Sequence record: PZ445440.1
DNA length: 64,000 nucleotides
Origin: a phage
Direction: 5' to 3' (one strand)
How positions within the stretch are numbered: position 1 is the stretch's first letter; every line of letters begins with the position of its first letter. Under the pieces are notes generated by a model, which saw only the letters and a list, made by a program, of their open reading frames with translations, had not been told where the DNA came from and ran no database searches. The position numbers and the translations under genes were made by a program. Of the stretch, positions 23,095 through 32,604 are shown one piece after another.

Positions 23095-24204
23095 ATGATT
23101 AGTGTAAAAGAAATAGTAGTAGATGCAAAGGATTTAAATAAAGCAATCCCAGTCTCAGAAAGTGCTGGGCAAAGCACTAAAACCGAAACAACTACTAAAA
23201 CTTATGTTGCTCAATTTCCTACAGGAAGAGCAGCCGGAAATGACTCCACAGGAGACTTCCAGGTAACAGACCTTTATAAGAATGGATTATTATTTACCGC
23301 GTACAATATGTCTGCACGCGATTCAGGATCCCTCAGGAATTTACGTCCAGCATACGCCGGGACTTCATCTAACGGTATCATATCAGATTTAACTGATAAT
23401 GTGAAAGATGCAGTGACTAAATTCTCTAATGGGTTGCTTCCTGCTGGAGCTAATAAATCTACCATAAATAAAACTCCTGTTGCTAATATACTTTTGCCGC
23501 GTTCCAAATCTGACGTTGATACAACTTCACATCGTTTTAATGATATCGGTGATAGCCTTATTACTAAAGGTGGAGGTACTGCTACAGGTGTTTTAAGTAA
23601 CATTGCCTCTACGGCAGTTTTTGGCGCATTAGATTCTATTACTCAAGGGCTTATGGCTGATAATAACGAACAGATTTATACGACTTCTCGTAGTATGTAT
23701 GGTGGTGCTGAGAACCGTACTAAAGTCTTTACATGGGATTTAACTCCACGTTCAACTGAAGACCTTATGGCTATTATAAACATTTACCAGTATTTTAACT
23801 ATTTCTCATATGGTGAGACCGGTAAATCACAGTACGCCCAAGAGATTAAAAGTTATTTAGATGAATGGTACCGTTCAACGTTTATTGAGCCTATGACGCC
23901 AGACGATGCAGTAAAAAATAAGACATTGTTTGAAAAGATTACTGCGTCATTAACAAATGTATTAGTTGTAAGCAACCCTACAATTTGGATGGTTAAAAAC
24001 TTTGGACACACATCTAAATTTGACGGGTTAACTGATGTATTTGGCCCATGTCAAATTCAAAGCGTACGTTTTGATAAAACTCCAAATGGACAATTTAATG
24101 GTCTTGCTGTTGCTCCTAACTTACCGTCAACATTTACGTTAGAGATAACAATGCGAGAAATTATTACATTAAACCGTTCTTCACTTTATGCGGGGACTTT
24201 CTAA
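23095..24204 (+). CDS. 48: Baseplate tail-tube cap gp48
   Basis: 369 aa, syntenic. Confidence 0.9.
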   Translation: MISVKEIVVDAKDLNKAIPVSESAGQSTKTETTTKTYVAQFPTGRAAGNDSTGDFQVTDLYKNGLLFTAYNMSARDSGSLRNLRPAYAGTSSNGIISDLTDNVKDAVTKFSNGLLPAGANKSTINKTPVANILLPRSKSDVDTTSHRFNDIGDSLITKGGGTATGVLSNIASTAVFGALDSITQGLMADNNEQIYTTSRSMYGGAENRTKVFTWDLTPRSTEDLMAIINIYQYFNYFSYGETGKSQYAQEIKSYLDEWYRSTFIEPMTPDDAVKNKTLFEKITASLTNVLVVSNPTIWMVKNFGHTSKFDGLTDVFGPCQIQSVRFDKTPNGQFNGLAVAPNLPSTFTLEITMREIITLNRSSLYAGTF

Positions 24205-25166
24205 TGTACTCTTTAGAAGAATTTAATAACCAAGCTATAAATGCAGATTTCCAACGAAACAATATGTTTAGTTGTGTATTTGCTACTACCCCATCGACCA
24301 AATCATCTTCACTAATTTCGTCAATTGGTAGTTTTGCTTATAATAACTTAGGGTTGGATTCTGATTGGCTAGGATTGTCTCAAGGTGATATCAATCAGGG
24401 TGTAACAACCCTGATTACAGCAGGAACACAGAAATTAATTCGAAAATCGGGTACAAGTAAATATCTGATTGGAGCAATGAGCCAACGTACGGTACAAAGC
24501 TTGTTAGGTGAGTTCACGGTAGGAACTTATCTGATAGATTTCTTCAATATGGCATATAATAATACAGGTTTAATGATTTATTCTGTAAAAATGCCTGAGA
24601 ACCGATTATCTTATGAAACGGATTTCAACTATAACTCACCGAACATCCGAATTACCGGCCGAGAAATGGACCCATTAGTAATAAGCTTTAGAATGGATTC
24701 CGAAGCATCTAACTTTAGAGCAATGCAAGACTGGGTAAACTCAGTCCAAGACCCTGTAACAGGTCTTCGCGCTTTACCACAAGACGTCGAAGCAGATATT
24801 CAGGTTAATTTACATGCGAGAAATGGTTTACCACATACCGCTGTCATGTTCACTGGATGTATTCCTGTTAGTGTCTCTTCTCCTGAGTTAACGTATGATG
24901 GTGATAATCAGATAACAGTTTTTGACGTAACATTTGCTTATCGCGTTATGCAATCAGGTGCTGTAAATAGACAGGCTGCTTTAGAATGGCTGGAATCAGG
25001 ACTTATTAGTAGTGTTTCAGGAATGTTTGGAAATAATCAGAATGATTCTGGGCTAGGAAGTGCAGTATCAAGACTTTCTAGATTAGGTGGGACTGCTGGA
25101 GGTGTGTCTAATATAAACACATTGACAGGTGTGGTGAATTCTGCGTCAAGAGTTTTAGGACTATAA
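24204..25166 (+). CDS. 54: Baseplate tail-tube initiator gp54
   Basis: 320 aa, syntenic. Confidence 0.9.
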   Translation: MYSLEEFNNQAINADFQRNNMFSCVFATTPSTKSSSLISSIGSFAYNNLGLDSDWLGLSQGDINQGVTTLITAGTQKLIRKSGTSKYLIGAMSQRTVQSLLGEFTVGTYLIDFFNMAYNNTGLMIYSVKMPENRLSYETDFNYNSPNIRITGREMDPLVISFRMDSEASNFRAMQDWVNSVQDPVTGLRALPQDVEADIQVNLHARNGLPHTAVMFTGCIPVSVSSPELTYDGDNQITVFDVTFAYRVMQSGAVNRQAALEWLESGLISSVSGMFGNNQNDSGLGSAVSRLSRLGGTAGGVSNINTLTGVVNSASRVLGL

Positions 25167-25171
25167 GAAAA

Positions 25172-25188
25172 GGGAGACGTTGTCTCCC
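25172..25188. terminator. Hairpin GGGAGACGUUGUCUCCC between convergent gene 54 and the alt cluster
   Basis: 7-bp GC-rich stem, flanked by AAAA and TTT. Confidence 0.6.
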
Positions 25189-25197
25189 TTTAGTGGT

Positions 25198-25491
25198 TTA
25201 TTTACGGAATGAAAGGAATGCTGGTGCTCGGAACGGAGTATCATCTTTAGAGTATTTAACTAATACGACCATTGGTACCTCTGTTTCTAAATGACCTGTC
25301 ACTACACCGATAAAAATTTGATCAGTGTGCTCAGGATCACGAAAGTTTTTAAGAGGTTCCATAGCAATATGGAATGCACCTGGGAATACTCGATTCAATT
25401 CGTCAATCACAGCTTCGTTAAAAGCATCATCCGCTGGGATAACATCTTCAACTACTAGTTCTTGACCATTAAAGCGAAGCATAGATTTCAT
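25198..25491 (-). CDS. Hypothetical protein, 97 aa (alt-downstream small ORF)
   Basis: start moved to MKSMLRFNG preceded by GAGGA; early promoter at 25521-25550. Confidence 0.5.
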   Translation of the reverse strand: MKSMLRFNGQELVVEDVIPADDAFNEAVIDELNRVFPGAFHIAMEPLKNFRDPEHTDQIFIGVVTGHLETEVPMVVLVKYSKDDTPFRAPAFLSFRK

Positions 25492-25520
25492 AACGTTTTC
25501 CTCATGTTGTTGATGGGATG

Positions 25521-25550
25521 ATAGTATCACACATCCATGTGTTTGTAAAC
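25521..25550 (-). promoter_or_regulatory. T4-type early promoter
   Basis: reverse complement GTTTACAAACACATGGATGTGTGATACTAT. Confidence 0.55.
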
Positions 25551-27637
25551 TATCCTTGGACAAATTTAAACGGAACCGATTCTAAATCCATTAAAGACGC
25601 TAACAATTTCAATCCTTTAGGAGCACTAGTTTTTTCTACAAATGAGGAGAACGATACCGGCTCATCTGATTCGATTTCACCCGTCATAGCAACCACCTCG
25701 CCTGTTTCCATGAGAACATCACCATCGTAAATGACAGCTTCATCCAACTGGTCTGAGGACATAACTTCAGCTTGAATAAATTTAAGGTTAGATTCTAAAC
25801 CTGCACCAGTGTCAGATGACGCATCTGTAATTTTATTTATCTGCAAGAGAATGCCTCTAGGCAAAATAATTTCTTGCTCATTAGGGTGATTACTCAACTG
25901 TCCCGGATAAATCACGTTAACTTTATGAGCGCCATCAATAGCCCATCCAACGTTAACACGGATTTGTTCTGGCGCATGCATAGCTGTTCTTACTTGACTA
26001 GGAGAAATAGTAACACCTTCGTCGTTATTGTCAATGTTAAGCTCTTTGCGAACTTCTTCAGGAGCAAGTCCAAGGGCAACGTTCTCTTTAAACCCGCCGA
26101 AAATAATAGGAGCTAGTGAAGTGGAAACATAGTTTCTGAAGTAGAATACCTTATTTTTAACCATTGCTTCGTAAATAGGCATTCTGATAGACTGAGCTCT
26201 ATATAACGTTAGTCCTTCAGGTAAACGGTCTCCATTTAAAAACGCAGAATCAAGACCATCAATAGCGCGTTTAACTTCATCTTCATCCGCAACATCGTAA
26301 AAATCTGGTTTATAACGACCTAACAACATATTATTGATATCGGTATACGCAGAAGAGGCATATTCACGAATAGCTCGTTTTTCAGCAACAGAGTATTGTT
26401 TAGGGTCCCGATTCATTGTTATATTAAAGGTGCCTCTAGCCGATTCTCGTGCATAAGTATACATCACATTAGACAAGAACGCTGATTTACGTTGTTTCCA
26501 AGTTTTTTCAGATACTTCAGCTAAAACATCGTCGGCCAGTTGGAAATTATCACGTCTAAAATCTTCAAACCATTCGTCTCTAATAGAGTCTGCAATTTCG
26601 TTTGCAGCTTCAACAAAAGCAGCTAATGCTTTAACAGATGTTGTTTTTTCAGTTTTAATTTTCTTAGCAAACTTTTCTAAAGCCGGCTTAATAACACTAC
26701 CATAAGAAACTTCATCAGCAAATCTAAAGGATTCATCAATACGATTATAAATCTTATTTTCGATATCAGCAACTAAAGTGCCTTTTGCTGTGGATGATGC
26801 TTGGGCTAGTACGATTTCATATGCTTCAGGAAGTAATTCGGCTGTAGCCGGGCCACTAACTTCTTTAGCAGAATTTTCGTATTTCTGGAATAACTCACCT
26901 TCTTGGCGGTCAGCTTCTAAAGATTGACTTGCTGCAATAGCACGACGAGAAATTTTAGTACGAGCAATAACAGGCTTATCTTTACGTTTTTCTTCTACAG
27001 CAGCAATAGAACCAGCGATAGCCGTTTCTTTAGTGACTTTTTCGCCGGTCTTTTTACTCACATAAACTTCGCCAACATCAGAATCTACTTTCGCGTACAA
27101 CTCTGTGTTAATGTTAGGGATGCCTTTAATATCTTCAATGTTGGCATTTTTACGAACCATCATCACATAGGTGTGTTTACCTGTGAATTGATACATTGCC
27201 GACAATACTTTAAAACGACCACCGGTTTTAGTAGAAACTAAACGAGCAAGAAGAGTTTGAAGTTGTTGTCCACGTCCTTTCAATTTCTTGGTAGGGAATC
27301 GGAACAGAACCGCATCCATACGAAGAGCTTTAACCTGTTCATATACTGTATTGAAAATGGTGTTGATTGCATCAATAGGAGCAGGACCAAGGCCGTTTTT
27401 CAATTCAGCGAGATTACCCTTTTCAGACAGACTCATAATAACAACATGAGCGTATTTGTCGCCAAGTTTAACTTGTTTTACAGCATCGCCTTCAGAAAGG
27501 TAAGAGAATAAACGAACTACAATATTTGTATCAACATCACCAATTTTCCAGACTTGTGGAACTTTAGCTTTAGGGTTCAAATTGACGACAGGAAGACTGC
27601 CTTCAGATTCAAACACTTCATTTAATTGTTCAGACAT
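25550..27637 (-). CDS. alt: Alt ADP-ribosyltransferase (packaged, modifies host RNA polymerase)
   Basis: 695 aa; synteny with T4 alt; candidate R/S-T-S/E motif around FRNYVSTSLAP. Confidence 0.85.
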   Translation of the reverse strand: MSEQLNEVFESEGSLPVVNLNPKAKVPQVWKIGDVDTNIVVRLFSYLSEGDAVKQVKLGDKYAHVVIMSLSEKGNLAELKNGLGPAPIDAINTIFNTVYEQVKALRMDAVLFRFPTKKLKGRGQQLQTLLARLVSTKTGGRFKVLSAMYQFTGKHTYVMMVRKNANIEDIKGIPNINTELYAKVDSDVGEVYVSKKTGEKVTKETAIAGSIAAVEEKRKDKPVIARTKISRRAIAASQSLEADRQEGELFQKYENSAKEVSGPATAELLPEAYEIVLAQASSTAKGTLVADIENKIYNRIDESFRFADEVSYGSVIKPALEKFAKKIKTEKTTSVKALAAFVEAANEIADSIRDEWFEDFRRDNFQLADDVLAEVSEKTWKQRKSAFLSNVMYTYARESARGTFNITMNRDPKQYSVAEKRAIREYASSAYTDINNMLLGRYKPDFYDVADEDEVKRAIDGLDSAFLNGDRLPEGLTLYRAQSIRMPIYEAMVKNKVFYFRNYVSTSLAPIIFGGFKENVALGLAPEEVRKELNIDNNDEGVTISPSQVRTAMHAPEQIRVNVGWAIDGAHKVNVIYPGQLSNHPNEQEIILPRGILLQINKITDASSDTGAGLESNLKFIQAEVMSSDQLDEAVIYDGDVLMETGEVVAMTGEIESDEPVSFSSFVEKTSAPKGLKLLASLMDLESVPFKFVQG

Positions 27638-27692
27638 AGTGTTTTCCTTTTAGTAATAATTTATATTTATGCCAAAAAGAGCCCGAAGGCTC

Positions 27693-27902
27693 TTAATCCA
27701 CAATCGGGAGCAAAGTACGATAAACTTCAAAATTAGGGCCTTTTTCGTACTTATCGAAATTGTCCATAAAAATATGATAGGAATCGTTATTAGGAAAATC
27801 TAATATAATCTGAGAGCAAGAGGTGGAAACATCTCCACCATCCTTCTTAGCTACAATAACTGTTTCTAAATAAGCTTTCATTATAAACCTGTCTGGGACC
27901 AC
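27693..27902 (-). CDS. Hypothetical protein, 69 aa
   Basis: small ORF between ligase and alt. Confidence 0.45.
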   Translation of the reverse strand: MVPDRFIMKAYLETVIVAKKDGGDVSTSCSQIILDFPNNDSYHIFMDNFDKYEKGPNFEVYRTLLPIVD

Positions 27903-29374
27903 GGTCCAAATACGTCTTCAAACGAATCCGCTTCTGTTTTATCAAAACGGAACCCTTTAATAATTGGGAGGAAAATACCTACAGTGCCTTCACGGCCTTT
28001 AGAATGAACCCAACCATTACATTCACAATCAGCAATACGTCCAATTAATTTACCTTCACGAGCTTCGGTCATTAATCGTTCACGGTCTAAATCATGACGC
28101 TCGTCTAAAGGAATAAGAACCTTTACACCATCAACTGTTTTATGAGTTGTATCTTTAAACCCTGAACCACAATCGGTTGTAATACGACGACAACGTGATA
28201 CGAGTTCGACACCACCTAATTTGTTAGGGTCTTTAGAGTGTTCATAGTATCCTACAACTTCTAAAGCGATATCAATAACTTCTTTAAATTTAATTAGGTT
28301 CTTAGAACGTTTGTTTTCCCAATATGAATCACGGTTTTTAAGGATAATACCTTCAAGACCTTGGTCAACATATTTTTTATAAACCACTTTAGCTTCGTCA
28401 AGATTACGAACTAACTGATTTTCAATTGGCTCAATTCGTTTAAAGCCTTCAGCCATATTTTCAAGAGCAGCAAAACGAACATCATATTTCTGACCTTTAA
28501 TTTTGCCATCAGAATAGACTTCATCTAAAGGAACATAGTCCCAGGCTTGAAGAACCATACCTTCCGCTTCTTTAGGAGAAATAGTCCCTTGAAGAGATTT
28601 ATTTGCTAAACCATTTGAAGTGCTACGGTCTGCAACTTGTACTTCTTCGGATTCTTCATTATCACCAAATAAGAACGACAGGTCATTTCCTGAGCTCACA
28701 GCCTTTTTAATATCAAATGAATGGTAAACTAATTCACCGTCGATTAAAACCCCATTAGGGTGTCTTTCACGAGCTTCTTTAGTCATTTCCATTAGTTCAT
28801 CCGCTAATAGAGTAAGACCATGGTATTCGTTACCGGCACGAGAAAAGAATTGAACACCATCATCGCGAACTTCAGCGAAACAACGAGCACCATCGGCTTT
28901 TAATTGAGCAAATGCGGGCCATTTAATATTTTTAGTAATCAATTTCTCATCGTATGCAGATGCTAACATCTGTGGCTGCAATTGAATAAGTCCAGGCCAC
29001 ACCTTATTCGCGATAGACACTGAAGCACCTACTTCAAGGTCGCGCATCATTACACGACGAAGGACTTCTACATCGTCAGGTTTACCGTCAGCGATATAAC
29101 CCATGAGCTCTTTAATTGCAGCATTACCGGTGAGTTTACGAGTGGCTAATGTGAACTCAATAAAATCCAACATGTCATCTAATTCAAGAAGACCATACGC
29201 TTGAGACCTTTCACCTGGTCCTGGCCATTTCTTAATATAATACTGGATACCGCGTGCATATGTTAAACGATACACACGTTCAAGTAATTTATTGTCCTTA
29301 TTTTTCTTAAGGATTTCTTGTTTTGTTTTAGTAGAACCGATCGCAGCTATTTGGTTTAAAATATCTAAAATCAT
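27881..29374 (-). CDS. 30: ATP-dependent DNA ligase gp30
   Basis: 497 aa; KADGAR adenylation motif; T4 ligase-like. Confidence 0.95.
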   Translation of the reverse strand: MILDILNQIAAIGSTKTKQEILKKNKDNKLLERVYRLTYARGIQYYIKKWPGPGERSQAYGLLELDDMLDFIEFTLATRKLTGNAAIKELMGYIADGKPDDVEVLRRVMMRDLEVGASVSIANKVWPGLIQLQPQMLASAYDEKLITKNIKWPAFAQLKADGARCFAEVRDDGVQFFSRAGNEYHGLTLLADELMEMTKEARERHPNGVLIDGELVYHSFDIKKAVSSGNDLSFLFGDNEESEEVQVADRSTSNGLANKSLQGTISPKEAEGMVLQAWDYVPLDEVYSDGKIKGQKYDVRFAALENMAEGFKRIEPIENQLVRNLDEAKVVYKKYVDQGLEGIILKNRDSYWENKRSKNLIKFKEVIDIALEVVGYYEHSKDPNKLGGVELVSRCRRITTDCGSGFKDTTHKTVDGVKVLIPLDERHDLDRERLMTEAREGKLIGRIADCECNGWVHSKGREGTVGIFLPIIKGFRFDKTEADSFEDVFGPWSQTGL

Positions 29375-29640
29375 TTGATGTCCTCGATTTTGGTTACGGT
29401 TCTATTATAAGCCACTTCATCTAGAAGCGATTTCAGCGTTTTCTGATAAGTGGTAATCCATTTACCAAGCCCTTCAACGTAGTATTCTGAAATGTAGATG
29501 AACCCTTGTTCAACACACTCTTTAAATATTTCTGCGTCTTTTACTGAACGAAACAATGGCCGGTCTCGAAAGAACATGTTAACGTGACCGTAGTCACGTG
29601 TGGTATTTTTGCCATCTGTAATATCATGAACTACAAACAT
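29371..29640 (-). CDS. Hypothetical protein, 89 aa
   Basis: start/stop coupled to ligase. Confidence 0.5.
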   Translation of the reverse strand: MFVVHDITDGKNTTRDYGHVNMFFRDRPLFRSVKDAEIFKECVEQGFIYISEYYVEGLGKWITTYQKTLKSLLDEVAYNRTVTKIEDIK

Positions 29641-29649
29641 AATTAACCC

Positions 29650-30474
29650 TTAACAATTTATAGACCAAGTCCATTTAGACGAATCTAAAGGAAAGTTTTG
29701 AATCGTCCACCACGGCTGCATATCAGTTGGTCCTGGGGTTCGCCAGGTATATGGAGTACGTGTTGTCGAGGGGCCACCAATTTGATTAGGCCATGCGCCT
29801 GGACTTGTTGCACCAGATTCTTTAAGCAAATCAGCCAATCGTTTTAAAAGGTCTTCACGATCTGAATCTGAATTATGCCCAGGTGGAACCAAACGAGATT
29901 CAATATCATCCCACGTGTGTACACGTTGTGCAGTGCGAGGAATATCATCACGTTCACCACGAGCCAACCAATAAATCGGTACATTGAGAATTTCTGCCGC
30001 ATGGTCACAGTGATGAGCTAAATCGTCAACGTAACAAATCACGTTATATTTTGTTTTAGCTAGTTCAAATAATTGTTCCTTTGAAGAATCATGTCCACAC
30101 ATCATTACTTCAGAAAAGGCGCCTGGGAACAAAGCATTCAAATTAAATTGTCTATTCAATCGAGCATCAATTGAATCACCTAGCGCCGTCACGGCTACAA
30201 AATTATAGTCTTCTTTTAGTTTATTGATAACTCGAAGAGCATCCGAATAAGGCGCTAAGTAACGAATAAAATCAGAGCGATTATATTTTTCTATTAATTG
30301 TTTACCAAGGTTATCGTCGGTATTGAACAGTTTACCAGGAGAAATAAATTTTTCGTCCTGAATCATTTTTAAAATATGTTCTAATGGAAGGTTATATTTT
30401 TGGGCAAAATAAGGAAGTCCAGATTGCCAGCTTAAACATACACCATCAATATCAGTCAAAATAGTAGGCTTCAT
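29650..30474 (-). CDS. HAD-superfamily phosphatase-like protein (DxDGV motif I), Trp/Pro-rich C-terminal tail
   Basis: N-terminal ILTDIDGVCL matches HAD motif I. Confidence 0.6.
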   Translation of the reverse strand: MKPTILTDIDGVCLSWQSGLPYFAQKYNLPLEHILKMIQDEKFISPGKLFNTDDNLGKQLIEKYNRSDFIRYLAPYSDALRVINKLKEDYNFVAVTALGDSIDARLNRQFNLNALFPGAFSEVMMCGHDSSKEQLFELAKTKYNVICYVDDLAHHCDHAAEILNVPIYWLARGERDDIPRTAQRVHTWDDIESRLVPPGHNSDSDREDLLKRLADLLKESGATSPGAWPNQIGGPSTTRTPYTWRTPGPTDMQPWWTIQNFPLDSSKWTWSINC

Positions 30475-30938
30475 AGAGAATCTCTTAATAGGTTTAACAC
30501 ATTAATAAATTCAGCTTCGGTTAGTATTGTATCATCTTTTGTTAGACCACTAGCCATGCTGTGCTTCAAAACTTTTCCTTTCGAGGCTTGTAATGCATCA
30601 CGAAAGCCCTTGTTTTGGATCGCTGCTTCAAAATATGCATTTGTGTATAATTCTTTCCACGCTTCGGAGTATCTTGAAAATGGAACTCCTAACCAGAAGA
30701 GAGTCCCACGGTCCTGAGCTCTTGCATAAGACCTTCCAGCTTGTTGGGCGGCAAGCCCAGATAACCCAAATATACGTCTTTGTTGTTCAACATTTTTCAC
30801 CTTGCATCCTTGGAGAAATCCTTCAAGACCTCCAAATTGAATACCATCCATAACGAAAGGCCATTGAGCAAAGTTACTTAATGCACATGACGGCCACTTG
30901 AAATTACTTCTTATTTCTAATTCAGACATCTTTAACAC
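30471..30938 (-). CDS. YbiA/NADAR-like (DUF1768) protein
   Basis: LSNFAQWPFVMDG resembles the FSNFAAWP signature of E. coli YbiA as recalled. Confidence 0.55.
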   Translation of the reverse strand: MLKMSELEIRSNFKWPSCALSNFAQWPFVMDGIQFGGLEGFLQGCKVKNVEQQRRIFGLSGLAAQQAGRSYARAQDRGTLFWLGVPFSRYSEAWKELYTNAYFEAAIQNKGFRDALQASKGKVLKHSMASGLTKDDTILTEAEFINVLNLLRDSL

Positions 30939-31140
30939 TTATAATTTCAACATCAGCCCAATGACCGTATCCAGGTATACGGTCTTCGATAGATAAATTT
31001 CCATCATTTTTAGGCATTTTAATTGACGTAACGTATGGTTCTAAACGGTTTTCTGCATAATATGGAAAAACGTCAGTCACACGATAAGTAACTTCGATCA
31101 TTTCTGTACCAAACAATTTCTGCATCAGTTTCTTAAACAT
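30922..31140 (-). CDS. Hypothetical protein, 72 aa
   Basis: ORF in compact early operon. Confidence 0.45.
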   Translation of the reverse strand: MFKKLMQKLFGTEMIEVTYRVTDVFPYYAENRLEPYVTSIKMPKNDGNLSIEDRIPGYGHWADVEIISVKDV

Positions 31141-31141
31141 A

Positions 31142-31336
31142 TTATCCTCGCTTTAAACATTTGATTACAGACAGTTCTTGGCTCATGCGGACGTCTTCAG
31201 TTCCATCAACCCACAGGACTGCATAGGCTTCTTTAATTACATTACCGTTAATTTTAAAAGCAGGTAAAACCTTTGAAATCATTCCGGGGATACCTATACC
31301 TTTTAACTGGACAGTTTGTGATAAGAATAGTTGCAT
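31142..31336 (-). CDS. Hypothetical protein, 64 aa
   Basis: ORF in compact early operon. Confidence 0.4.
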   Translation of the reverse strand: MQLFLSQTVQLKGIGIPGMISKVLPAFKINGNVIKEAYAVLWVDGTEDVRMSQELSVIKCLKRG

Positions 31337-31623
31337 TAGAACCTCATCTGAAATCCGTGTGATTTAACATTACCGCCATAGATGTCAGAGGTATTGACTT
31401 CACGTGCGGCGCTAGGGTCGATATTAATATCATGGTTGAGCTTAGTGATTGCTAGGGTATCACGACCGTTAACAGTACGGAATTCTACCGGGCACACAAC
31501 ATCAGCATAAGCCTTAATGGATTCACGAGTAGGTTGTTTGTCGACAGGAACGTCTTTACCTGCTTTAGAGAAAACAACTTCACAGAAATTTTTACGGGTA
31601 TCAAAATAAGTGGTCATAAACAT
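31336..31623 (-). CDS. Hypothetical protein, 95 aa
   Basis: start moved to MFMTTYF after GAGGAAAA; longer track ORF would read through hairpin 31639-31654. Confidence 0.45.
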   Translation of the reverse strand: MFMTTYFDTRKNFCEVVFSKAGKDVPVDKQPTRESIKAYADVVCPVEFRTVNGRDTLAITKLNHDINIDPSAAREVNTSDIYGGNVKSHGFQMRF

Positions 31624-31638
31624 AATATTTTCCTCAAA

Positions 31639-31654
31639 GGAGGCCGAAGCCTCC
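31639..31654 (-). terminator. Hairpin GGAGGCUUCGGCCUCC
   Basis: GC stem, UUCG loop; possible terminator or RNA stability element. Confidence 0.5.
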
Positions 31655-31664
31655 ATTTTTAAGA

Positions 31665-32030
31665 TTAGATATCGAATTCGTTCAGAACTACATCAAAGAT
31701 TGCTTCCAGGTGTTCAGGTTTAGCTCGGTTACTCAGGATATGACGAATCCAAGTTTTAACCAGAAGTTTACGATTAACACCGTTCCAGCAAGGATGAGTA
31801 CCTAAATCACGTTGACGGAAATCGTCATCTAATGCAATTTTGAAGTTGGAACCTTCCATCGTGATTGAAACCGTGATGCCATTTTCAAATCGCATATAAA
31901 CGTAATTAGGAGTCATATACTGCTCAATTTCACATACTGAACCATTTTTATGCTTCCACAAACAAACCGTATCGATAGAACCAGCGATACCGTTAGAAAC
32001 GTATTTGCGTTCGAAGTTGGTGTAGTTCAT
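31665..32030 (-). CDS. Hypothetical protein, 121 aa
   Basis: start moved to MNYTNFERKY after GGAGAATAAA; early promoter just upstream. Confidence 0.45.
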   Translation of the reverse strand: MNYTNFERKYVSNGIAGSIDTVCLWKHKNGSVCEIEQYMTPNYVYMRFENGITVSITMEGSNFKIALDDDFRQRDLGTHPCWNGVNRKLLVKTWIRHILSNRAKPEHLEAIFDVVLNEFDI

Positions 32031-32103
32031 TTTATTCTCCAGATGTTTAAGTTGTTTGTTGGTACAGGTATATAATAACATATCCTGTACCAAAGTAAAT
32101 ATT

Positions 32104-32475
32104 TTATTTGATTTTTGTCCACTTAGCTGAATCAATAACACCTTTTGCTTTAATCTTCTCGATTAATGACTCTGCGCGATTTCTGGCATTTTCGTACCAT
32201 ACAACATCTTCAGAGTAACCAGTTTCTTCATCTTCGTAAGTTTTAGAACGAATACAGCCATAAACTGTAGAATTCAGACGGTAAATTTCACCGGTGAAAA
32301 AGTTTTCGATTTCGATATAATAACAAAAATCGTCTGAAGGGCCATCAGGAGTTGTACAATAAACCACATCACCTTGAACTGAACGAACCATCCACTGTAA
32401 CTCGTTAACAACTTGAGATTTATATCCATCATGGTCACGGCATTTAATTGTAGCATTTAAATTGATAATGTTCAT
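32104..32475 (-). CDS. Hypothetical protein, 123 aa
   Basis: GGAGAATAAA RBS; early promoter 32517-32545. Confidence 0.5.
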   Translation of the reverse strand: MNIINLNATIKCRDHDGYKSQVVNELQWMVRSVQGDVVYCTTPDGPSDDFCYYIEIENFFTGEIYRLNSTVYGCIRSKTYEDEETGYSEDVVWYENARNRAESLIEKIKAKGVIDSAKWTKIK

Positions 32476-32516
32476 TTTATTCTCCGGCTGTTTTATTGAT
32501 TAGATGGTACAAGTCT

Positions 32517-32545
32517 ATAGTAACACATCCTACAGGAGAGTAAAC
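32517..32545 (-). promoter_or_regulatory. T4-type early promoter
   Basis: reverse complement GTTTACTCTCCTGTAGGATGTGTTACTAT. Confidence 0.55.
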
Positions 32546-32580
32546 ATCTTTTTAAACTTTTTCTGCCCTAAACGCACAAA

Positions 32581-32598
32581 AGGGAGACCGAAGTCTCC
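32581..32598 (-). terminator. Hairpin GGGAGACUUCGGUCUCCC (RNA from - strand), identical to the gene 23 terminator
   Basis: exact 18-mer repeated at 9856 and 47584. Confidence 0.6.
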
Positions 32599-32604
32599 CT
32601 AAAA

